From the NCBI GenBank assembly GCA_048886685.1, contig JBHLKM010000024.1, forward strand, positions 1,202 through 41,170: a DNA stretch of 39,969 nt, given 5' to 3'. Source of the stretch: Candidatus Hodarchaeota archaeon. Its GTDB lineage: Archaea; Asgardarchaeota; Lokiarchaeia; Sigyniarchaeales; SOKP01. Both the position numbers and the translations under genes were made by a program. A model generated the notes under the pieces. It was not told where the DNA came from. It saw only the letters and a program-made list of their open reading frames with translations, and made no database searches. Shown one piece after another: positions 16,183 to 23,748 of this stretch (positions within the stretch are counted from its first letter, which is position 1; every line of letters begins with the position of its first letter).

Positions 16183-18708
16183 ATGAGTTTAATTGATTTT
16201 ACTGAGAAAATTGCTAAAGAGGAGACTTTAGAAGAGACTGAAATTTATAAATATCTTCCTGATAGGCGTATTCTTAGGGTATTATTCGAAAACAAAATTT
16301 TTCAATTACGTGGTATTCAAAAAGAAGCTATACGGAAGGGACTATTTTTTCAAAAGTCATTTTTAATATGTGCCCCTTCTGGTAGTGGAAAGACGCTCAT
16401 TGGTGAATTATGTGCAGTACACAATGTGTTTCAAAAGTTTGGTAAATCTGTATATTTAGTGCCATTTAAAGCATTAGCAACCGAAAAATACTTTCACTTC
16501 AAAAAAGGATATGGAAAATTTGGAGTAAAAGTGGAGATTTCTATTGGAGACTATGATATAGACGATTCGAAGCTCGAAAAAGCAGATATTATCGTAACTA
16601 CCTATGAGAAGATGGACTCAATTATAAGGAATTTCTATGATAAAGAATGGATTTCGGAGTTTTCTACCATCATTATCGATGAAGTTCACATCATTGGTGA
16701 GTCAGACAGAGGACCTCGTTTAGAATCTCTCATTGTTCGACTGAATGAATTCTTTCATCACCCTCAGATCATTGGATTAAGTGCTACCATTGCGAATCCA
16801 GAGTTTTTTAATTCATGGCTCACCTCACTTGGGAATCATACCACTCTAATACAATCTGAGGAAAGACCTGTACCCCTTTATTATAAAATCCAAACTACAC
16901 AAAATAAAGATTCTACCATTAAACATATCATAAAAACTACCCTTAACGATAAAGGACAAGTCTTAATCTTTCTAAATAAACGTAAGACGGCACAGCAATC
17001 TGCCCAAAACCTTAAAGAGCTAGTAAAGAAATACTTAGAAGAATCTGAATTAAAAGTGTTAAAAGCTCTCTCTAAGCGAATCGAATCAATTAAAGGGGGC
17101 AATAGTGAATTGAGCAAAATATTTCCTTATGGAGTGGTGTTTCATCATGCTGGACTCCTTCCGCGCGAAAGAAAATTAATAGAAGATAATTTCCGTAATA
17201 AGCTTATTAGAGTCATATGCTGCACTACCACACTCTCAGCGGGAATCAATACACCTGCTCGTGTTGTTATCTTACGAGATTTTAAAAAATACACCACCTC
17301 AGGATTTAATATAAAAAACTTCTCGGGATATCATGAAAATGGTGATGGATTTTCCTATTTTAAGCCATTCTCAGCAAACGAAGTGTTTCAAATTTTAGGA
17401 AGGGCGGGTAGGCCAGGCTTGGATTCAGTTGGGCACGGAATCATATTAGTAAAAAACATAGAGGAGAAGATGTGGGTTGAGGATCACTATTTTAAAGCAC
17501 TTAAAATGAATAGTCCTCTTATGCCCAAATATAACGATCTCGGTTCTGGATTAAATAAAATCAACATCCTTAAAGAACAAGTATTACTTCGGGTATTTGA
17601 AGAGCATCAGATTACTTTAGAAAAACTCAAACATTTCTTTGAGAAGACGTATTTCTGGTATACCATTACTCATAAAATGAAAGAACAACAAATTCCAATT
17701 GAGCAGCTATTAATGATCAAAGAAATTACTCCTGTCAACATTCTTAAACTCCATGCTGATCCAAAAAAAGTACAAACTCTTAGAAATAAAAATCTTCAGA
17801 TAAAAATCACCAAGTGTAGCAATGCAACTATTTCAGGGTATATAAAAACTACGTTTGGAGTCTACTCCTGCCAGTTTGATATTGATACAGGAATTAAATG
17901 CTCATGCGGCTTTCAAAACGTTATATCCGATAATTTTGCAACTGAAAACGAGTTTGCATTTGAGTTTTGCGACCATATCACTATGCTTCTTTTGTATTTG
18001 ATCAAATTCCCTAATGTTAATATCCAGAAATATATAGAAGATATTATTCCAAAAAGCATTAAGAACCAATATATCTTAAACTATCTGTTTGAAAAAGGGC
18101 TAATCTTTAGAGATCCTAATGGCACAATATATTGTTCCCAATTCGGTAAACTTATAATTAGGCTTTATCTATATCCTACTTCAGGTGTCCTTATTCGATA
18201 CAAATTAGAGAATACCAAAATCTTTTCGTTTCGAGATCTAATTAAGGAAGCTTATGAAGTGTTAAAATCTGAATTTCGAGTTCGTGATTATAGGATGTTG
18301 GAACCTATCCTTGAGTGGACTGATGAAGAGCCGATCGAATGGATTTTAGAAAAATATAAAATAATGACTGGTGATCTTTTTTCGGTACGAGATAGTCTCG
18401 AGAGAATTATTACCTTTATTGGAATTATTGCAAATAACTTGAGTTCCAGTGGATTTGATGCCCAAAACCAGTTAGAAAGAGTTGCGGAAATGTCAGAAAC
18501 GCTTCGGATACGGATACATTATGGGATTCGTGAAGAATTATTTGACTTAGTATTGCGTCTAGATAATGTTGCACGGATACGAGCGCGGATTCTTTATAAT
18601 GCCGGATACCATACCGCCTCTCAAGTTAAGAAGGAAAATCCCTATATGCTTAACAAGAAAACAGATCTGGGAATTAATTTGTGTAAGAAAATTATTGGAA
18701 ATAAATAG
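16183..18708 (+). CDS. hel308: Hel308/Ski2-like SF2 helicase with an inserted SWIM zinc finger
   Basis: APSGSGKT, VPFKALA, TYEKMD, DEVH, LSAT, HHAGL, TLSAGINTPA and QILGRAGRPG motifs, plus a C-terminal RAR/HhH domain. Start placed at ATG 16183 rather than TTG 16087. Confidence 0.9.
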   Translation: MSLIDFTEKIAKEETLEETEIYKYLPDRRILRVLFENKIFQLRGIQKEAIRKGLFFQKSFLICAPSGSGKTLIGELCAVHNVFQKFGKSVYLVPFKALATEKYFHFKKGYGKFGVKVEISIGDYDIDDSKLEKADIIVTTYEKMDSIIRNFYDKEWISEFSTIIIDEVHIIGESDRGPRLESLIVRLNEFFHHPQIIGLSATIANPEFFNSWLTSLGNHTTLIQSEERPVPLYYKIQTTQNKDSTIKHIIKTTLNDKGQVLIFLNKRKTAQQSAQNLKELVKKYLEESELKVLKALSKRIESIKGGNSELSKIFPYGVVFHHAGLLPRERKLIEDNFRNKLIRVICCTTTLSAGINTPARVVILRDFKKYTTSGFNIKNFSGYHENGDGFSYFKPFSANEVFQILGRAGRPGLDSVGHGIILVKNIEEKMWVEDHYFKALKMNSPLMPKYNDLGSGLNKINILKEQVLLRVFEEHQITLEKLKHFFEKTYFWYTITHKMKEQQIPIEQLLMIKEITPVNILKLHADPKKVQTLRNKNLQIKITKCSNATISGYIKTTFGVYSCQFDIDTGIKCSCGFQNVISDNFATENEFAFEFCDHITMLLLYLIKFPNVNIQKYIEDIIPKSIKNQYILNYLFEKGLIFRDPNGTIYCSQFGKLIIRLYLYPTSGVLIRYKLENTKIFSFRDLIKEAYEVLKSEFRVRDYRMLEPILEWTDEEPIEWILEKYKIMTGDLFSVRDSLERIITFIGIIANNLSSSGFDAQNQLERVAEMSETLRIRIHYGIREELFDLVLRLDNVARIRARILYNAGYHTASQVKKENPYMLNKKTDLGINLCKKIIGNK

Positions 18709-18798
18709 ATAAAAACTTCAATGTTATGCCAATAGAGTTTATATTTGAATATTGAGGATTTAATATTATAAGAATACAACTATAAAAAGGTTTGAATC

Positions 18799-19017
18799 AT
18801 GAGTTCTCACGCAGCTAAAGCAAAGGTCTTTATTTTCCCTAGTGTCTATAATGAGACTGAGAAAGAGGACTCTATAAACTTTGATGAGATTATCATTCCC
18901 TTTTCGAAATTTGGTAAATCCCAAAGTACGGAATATATTTACTGCGGGGATGAAAAAACCAAATTTAATGAACGACACCCTATCTATCGAAAAGTTCTAT
19001 TAAATGAGTTTCAATAA
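18799..19017 (+). CDS. Small hypothetical protein, paralogue of 19383-19586
   Basis: Shares IIPFS...YIYxGxEK..FxxRHPxY..LLNEF with the 19383-19586 product. Confidence 0.75.
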   Translation: MSSHAAKAKVFIFPSVYNETEKEDSINFDEIIIPFSKFGKSQSTEYIYCGDEKTKFNERHPIYRKVLLNEFQ

Positions 19018-19075
19018 TTAGGTTTGTTTTTGGTTTTTTTCTTTAAATACAAGGTAATCATTATTGTATTGATTT

Positions 19076-19339
19076 ATGGACTCACAAATTAAATCTCGAA
19101 ATGGTAAGTTTTCTACAGAGGAAACTTCAAATCAGGAAAGTGTTAAACCTAAGATGCCACCTCAATCGAAAAAAGTAGAAGAAATTTGTGATGAAAATTT
19201 AATTACTCTTAAAAAAGTTCATGCAATTCTCTTAAACTGTCTAAATTTAAACGAAAAAGAGAAATTAGAGTTTTGTAATAATGAGCGATACTTTATGAAG
19301 CTATTCCTTAAGAAACTGAATGATAAACTGAAAGAATAG
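19076..19339 (+). CDS. Small hypothetical protein
   Basis: 87-aa ORF with a T6C-TATA motif at 19035-19049 (C 35 nt upstream of the ATG). Confidence 0.6.
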   Translation: MDSQIKSRNGKFSTEETSNQESVKPKMPPQSKKVEEICDENLITLKKVHAILLNCLNLNEKEKLEFCNNERYFMKLFLKKLNDKLKE

Positions 19340-19382
19340 ATTTTTTTCTTTTAAATAATTTTGGCTCTATTTGCATTTTGAG

Positions 19383-19586
19383 ATGAGTTTAAAAGGAATT
19401 GATAAGAAGTACTATGAAATTAAGTATGAAATAAGAGAATCTTCTCAAGTAAAAAACTTTATCATTCCTTTCTCTCTATTTTTCGGAACTCAAGAAAAGT
19501 ACATTTACTCAGGTGAGGAAAAGATCCCATTTGAAAAAAGGCATCCCCTCTATAAAGTTATCCTATTAAATGAGTTCAGGGAATAA
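19383..19586 (+). CDS. Small hypothetical protein, paralogue of 18799-19017
   Basis: Sequence similarity to 18799-19017. ATG 19383 is 35 nt after the C of the motif at 19342-19357. Confidence 0.75.
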   Translation: MSLKGIDKKYYEIKYEIRESSQVKNFIIPFSLFFGTQEKYIYSGEEKIPFEKRHPLYKVILLNEFRE

Positions 19587-19640
19587 TCGTGCTTTCTATT
19601 TAATATTCTTAATCCTTTTTTTACGGAAATTTTATATATA
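19567..19640 (+). repeat. Imperfect direct repeat, copy 1
   Basis: TAAATGAGTTCAGGGAATAAT...TTTAATATTCTTAATCCTTTTTTTACGGAAATTTTATATATA. Confidence 0.85.
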
Positions 19641-19972
19641 TAGATTAAAAGAGAAAAGTTGGTTTTAGCGTAGGATAGTCACAGGGGATACTTAATAAAA
19701 ACAATAAAAACAGTGTGTAATATCAGTTTTTTCAACTTTTCTCATTTAAAGGTAGTGAATTATTATAATAAAATAATATAATATCTTCATAATCGTGAAA
19801 CGATTGTATTGTAAGGTTAAGTCACCTGAATATATATTACAATCGTAAATTATTAAATTTATAAAGAAAAAAAAGAGAAAATTAGATTTTAATTTACACT
19901 TCTAATTTAGTAAGTGACGCTCTCGGCTTTAGCTAATGTATCTTTGTATTTAATGATGGCGTTGAACTGTCC

Positions 19973-20053
19973 TAAATGAGTTCAGGAAATAATACTAGTG
20001 TCTATTTACTTTTTAATATTCTTAATGCTTTTTTTACGGAAATGTTATATATA
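19973..20053 (+). repeat. Imperfect direct repeat, copy 2
   Basis: TAAATGAGTTCAGGAAATAAT...TTTAATATTCTTAATGCTTTTTTTACGGAAATGTTATATATA. Confidence 0.85.
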
Positions 20054-20117
20054 AATAGACAATTATGTCTTTTTGAATCCAATTTTGTAAAAATTATAAC
20101 ATAATTAGGTGATAAAT

Positions 20118-20441
20118 GTGGTATATATTATAACAGAACATTGGTGGCCTCCTGGGAAATCAGAGGAGGTCGGAAAAGTATATCTTGAAGTAATGCAAAA
20201 ATTTCCAGATGACAGATCCATTGCCAAACCAGTTGTCCAGTCTGCAGTATGGCCTGTTCAAGATGGGATGCATAGTATTACCGTATCTTCTGTCCAACCA
20301 GGCAAAGTAAGAGAAGCCATGGATTTGTCTTCTAATCGGCTTTTAATGTTAGGTAACGCAATCGAAGGATTTCGATATACAATTAATGTAGCGTATGATT
20401 TAATTGAGGCTATGCCCTTTGTAGGATTAAAAGCGCCTTAA
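20118..20441 (+). CDS. Small alpha/beta protein, paralogue of 31524-31853
   Basis: Similar to 31524-31853 (PPxK...Y.E..QK.P.D.SI.K ... IEG.RY.I ... D..EAMP.VG..AP). AGGTGA SD before GTG 20118 and a canonical purine-rich BRE + TATA at about 20036-20053. Confidence 0.75.
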   Translation: MVYIITEHWWPPGKSEEVGKVYLEVMQKFPDDRSIAKPVVQSAVWPVQDGMHSITVSSVQPGKVREAMDLSSNRLLMLGNAIEGFRYTINVAYDLIEAMPFVGLKAP

Positions 20442-20485
20442 ATATAAAATGTAAGAAAAAATCAACTATTAAAATTCTCTTTTTT

Positions 20486-21010
20486 TTATATTTTTACGGT
20501 ATATGAATTGTCATTTAATCGTATAAGAATTCCTTTCTTCTGAAAGCTCCTTGTTAAGACTTCTAATTCAGAAGCAGGTATTCCATAATTATCTGCTATA
20601 ATTTCGATAATATAAAGCGGAAATTTCTTATATGTGGAATAGATTTCTTTTAGCATTTTTTCAAATTGCCTTATCGTGTCCTCACTAGATCCATCTCCAT
20701 CCCTTATTCTATCCTCTGACTTTTTAACGGCTACTGTAAAATCCCCAAAAGCTCTCAATTCAGGTGAATGTCCTAACTCCTTTTTTCCAAGCTCATTTTG
20801 GCGTTTCTTTACCATCTCAACCGCGGCACTCATTCCATTCACAATCTCCCCTGAATTAAGAATGATTGATACAGTATGATTTCGACCACACCGTAAACAC
20901 TTTTTCCCTTTTTGGGTGGTTTTTGTATATAAATATTGTTTACACTTCGCACATTGAAATATGAGATAAGGAGTTTCATCTTTTTTCCACGTGGTTTCTT
21001 CCGTTTTTAT
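20486..21010 (-). CDS. Zn-ribbon (DUF1922-like) protein with a C-terminal extension and a probable ATA start
   Basis: The frame of ORF 20486-20842 stays open upstream and encodes YLIFQCAKCKQYLYTKTTQKGKKCLRCGRNH. The most plausible start is ATA at 21010, after GGAGGAGG and overlapping the hef stop codon. Confidence 0.65.
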   Translation of the reverse strand: MKTEETTWKKDETPYLIFQCAKCKQYLYTKTTQKGKKCLRCGRNHTVSIILNSGEIVNGMSAAVEMVKKRQNELGKKELGHSPELRAFGDFTVAVKKSEDRIRDGDGSSEDTIRQFEKMLKEIYSTYKKFPLYIIEIIADNYGIPASELEVLTRSFQKKGILIRLNDNSYTVKI

Positions 21011-23100
21011 AACCTCCTCCCTGTTGGGCTTTCTAATACACTTTTTATGATAAAATAGAGTTCTTCTTCATCTTCTATAGGAATAAACTGAAAATTATAC
21101 TCTTGGGTTAATTCTTGAATCCTATTTTTTAACTTCCGTTTTTCTCCAGGTGATTGCTCTTCAAAGTCAACAAAATCAAAAATGATGAAAAATAACTCAC
21201 AACTCTCGGAAAATTCTTGAATTTCTGGAATTAAATCATCATCAGCAAAGTTCGGATCATATACCTGAATTAATACTCGATTATACAAGACAATATGAAG
21301 GTCTGTATCAACAATACTAAATTCAATGCCATCTTTCTGTAGCTTTTGTCGAATGCCGAATTTCATGGGGAGAAGTCTACTTATCTTTACATCAGATATA
21401 TCTTCTTCCTCTTCTATGACATTTTCTTGAAAGGACGATTCTATAAATGAAGTTAAATTTGCTTGTTGATTTTTTGTTTTACCCTGATTAGGGGATATTG
21501 AGGTTGATTTCGAAATCGATTTGATAGCTTTAGGTTCCTGAGGTCTTTTGAGGTTCACATTCATTTTTTTAAGCTTACTTAATGCTATCTTCAGATAAAT
21601 CTCATCATGGGTACCTTTACAGTATAAAATGATAACTTTTCCTTCTCGATGTCGAGCAGTTCTGCCTTTTCTCTGGATTAAGCGGATCTCAGACGCTACG
21701 ACATCATAGAAAACTACTAAATCGCATTCTGTGATGTCTAATCCTTCTTCTCCTACGTTTGTCGATACCAGCACATTATACACACCTTTCTTGAACTGAT
21801 CTAAGGTTTCAATCTGAACTTTTTGCGACATGCCTTTATCCCCGTTAGATTTGGTGGCTTGACCTACGAATCTCACAGGTTTTATAATATCTATTCTTTC
21901 AAGCTGTTCCATTATATTGTATAAGGAGTCTCGTAATTTTACAAAAACAAGTATTCGTGATTCTGGATTTTGGGATAATTCATCTAATAGCACTTTTTGT
22001 AGCACGTAATATTTAGGATGAATGAGGTGTTCAGGGGTATAATCTTGGTTCTTTTTCAATTCAATAAAAACACGGCGGATCCTTGAGTCAGATGCCAAAA
22101 TTTTTACAGCCTTCGAGCTACTTTTCTTTTTTGCATCAGAATAGAGCTTCTCCAAATAGTATAAAAGAACATCGAGCCCTTGCTGTTCAACAAGTTCGAG
22201 TATATGATAAAGGATTAACGCTTGGGCATTGATCGATAAAGCACTATATAATCCCTTTTTATCCATGTTTTTCTGTAACATACTAACCAACTCTCTATTT
22301 AGTTTTAGTAAATCTTTTCGAAAGACTTTAGTATGGAGTACCTCAGATTGCACATCTAAAAAACTAAGCTGCAAAAGATAATGCAGTCGCTCTTCCAGTA
22401 CAACAATTACTGCTGAATATACTTCTTGCATTAATTCGGTAAGGTTCACTCCGATTTTATAGATGCTCATATGCTTGAGGTAAGTCTTCACATCACTGTC
22501 TTTTCTGGTTCTGATATGAATATTATCTAAGGGAATATGAAGGTTTTCACATAACATTGCTATTTTCTTTTTCGATGCCCCCGGTGACGCAGTAAGACCA
22601 AGAGTAACTCCATCTGGATTTTGTTCTTCATACTCATCAGCAATCATCGTATAAGCATAATCACCCGAAGCATGATGCGCCTCGTCATATATAATAAGAG
22701 CAGTATGTTCTAAAGTGTATCTCCTATTCACTAAGTCATTTCGTAGCGTCTGAGGGGTATAAAACAATATTTGATTTTCTTCATATAATTGCACTCGTTT
22801 TTCAGGAAGTACTTTACCTGTGAGTACTACAAATTTTTCTTGAGGGATTGGTAGAAAATTTGAAAAGGTATCGTAATGTTGATTTATTAAAGGTCGTGTT
22901 GGAGCTAACACAATTATCTTGCTTCGTTGGGGAAAAAATTGTAATGTCTTCTTTGCCGTGAGTACAGCGATGATCGTTTTTCCAAGTCCAGTAGGTAAGA
23001 CGACTAAGGAATTCTTATTCACACATTTCTCAGCTATCTCTACTTGATACTTCCGAAATTCTAATTTTCCAGAGTTTGCGACTTGATTATTCTTAGACAT
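21007..23100 (-). CDS. hef: Hef/FANCM-like SF2 helicase with a degenerate ERCC4 nuclease domain
   Basis: RKYQ Q-motif, LPTGLGKT, APTRPL, TPQT, DEAHHA, LTASPG, FVGQ, STNVGEEGLDI and IQRKGRTAR. The C-terminal domain lacks GD/ERK. Start placed at ATG 23100, 1 nt after the upstream stop. Confidence 0.9.
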   Translation of the reverse strand: MSKNNQVANSGKLEFRKYQVEIAEKCVNKNSLVVLPTGLGKTIIAVLTAKKTLQFFPQRSKIIVLAPTRPLINQHYDTFSNFLPIPQEKFVVLTGKVLPEKRVQLYEENQILFYTPQTLRNDLVNRRYTLEHTALIIYDEAHHASGDYAYTMIADEYEEQNPDGVTLGLTASPGASKKKIAMLCENLHIPLDNIHIRTRKDSDVKTYLKHMSIYKIGVNLTELMQEVYSAVIVVLEERLHYLLQLSFLDVQSEVLHTKVFRKDLLKLNRELVSMLQKNMDKKGLYSALSINAQALILYHILELVEQQGLDVLLYYLEKLYSDAKKKSSSKAVKILASDSRIRRVFIELKKNQDYTPEHLIHPKYYVLQKVLLDELSQNPESRILVFVKLRDSLYNIMEQLERIDIIKPVRFVGQATKSNGDKGMSQKVQIETLDQFKKGVYNVLVSTNVGEEGLDITECDLVVFYDVVASEIRLIQRKGRTARHREGKVIILYCKGTHDEIYLKIALSKLKKMNVNLKRPQEPKAIKSISKSTSISPNQGKTKNQQANLTSFIESSFQENVIEEEEDISDVKISRLLPMKFGIRQKLQKDGIEFSIVDTDLHIVLYNRVLIQVYDPNFADDDLIPEIQEFSESCELFFIIFDFVDFEEQSPGEKRKLKNRIQELTQEYNFQFIPIEDEEELYFIIKSVLESPTGRRL

Positions 23101-23101
23101 C

Positions 23102-23704
23102 TCACTCACAGGCATCAACTAATATTTGGGAATCCTCTATATCTATTTTTTCGAAATTTTTATTACTTTTTTTATAAGAAAGTAGTAATTCTCCTAGTTT
23201 TAATCCAAATTCAGAAGGATAGATTAATCCGTTCTTCTGCTCTTGAAAACAATAGGGATAATAATCACAGAGCTCTTTCACATTTTTTAGCAAATCTATG
23301 CCATTAGTTTGTACATCAAACCCTTTTCCTCGTTTTACGTGTTTAAAATAGTAAATTATATCGTTGAAATGATTAATATGGGATTGAGGCATTCTAATTT
23401 TACACGGTACTGTACTTAATTTTTTACTTTTTTCTATAACTAAATATACTTGATTATTGTCGATTTTCTTTCTTAGTATATAGTGTGTAAAGGTGTTTTC
23501 ATACAGTTCTTGGAAAGTGAGTAATAAAGAGATTATTTCTTCTACTTCCGATGGGTTTAGCCTAAGATAATTTGCGAATTTACTGAAATTTAATTTTTTA
23601 TCATAATTTTCCGCAAATTTCCTTAATACGTCTAATATCTGATGCATTACCTGTAATAAATCTTTATTACGCGAAATAACATCTGAACTGCTCTGTAAAA
23701 CCAT
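23102..23704 (-). CDS. Hypothetical protein, possibly tandem winged-helix
   Basis: HTH-like LNFSKFANYLRLNPSEVEEIISLL and wing-like GLIYPSEFGLKL. Coupled to hef, with a T6C-TATA-like motif at 23725-23741. Confidence 0.6.
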   Translation of the reverse strand: MVLQSSSDVISRNKDLLQVMHQILDVLRKFAENYDKKLNFSKFANYLRLNPSEVEEIISLLLTFQELYENTFTHYILRKKIDNNQVYLVIEKSKKLSTVPCKIRMPQSHINHFNDIIYYFKHVKRGKGFDVQTNGIDLLKNVKELCDYYPYCFQEQKNGLIYPSEFGLKLGELLLSYKKSNKNFEKIDIEDSQILVDACE

Positions 23705-23748
23705 TATAAAGCTAAAGAATTAGGTAAATAAAAAGAAAAAATTTAGGA

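Noticed and set aside
19800-19846. SECIS element / selenoprotein recoding
   Set aside because: No convincing AUGA/GA core and no nearby ORF with a plausible in-frame TGA.
19567-20053. CRISPR array
   Set aside because: Only two long imperfect copies about 400 nt apart, and no cas genes.
21010-21070. Programmed -1 frameshift fusing Hef to the Zn-ribbon protein
   Set aside because: No in-frame X XXY YYZ slippery heptamer in the overlap. A strong SD before ATA is the simpler explanation.
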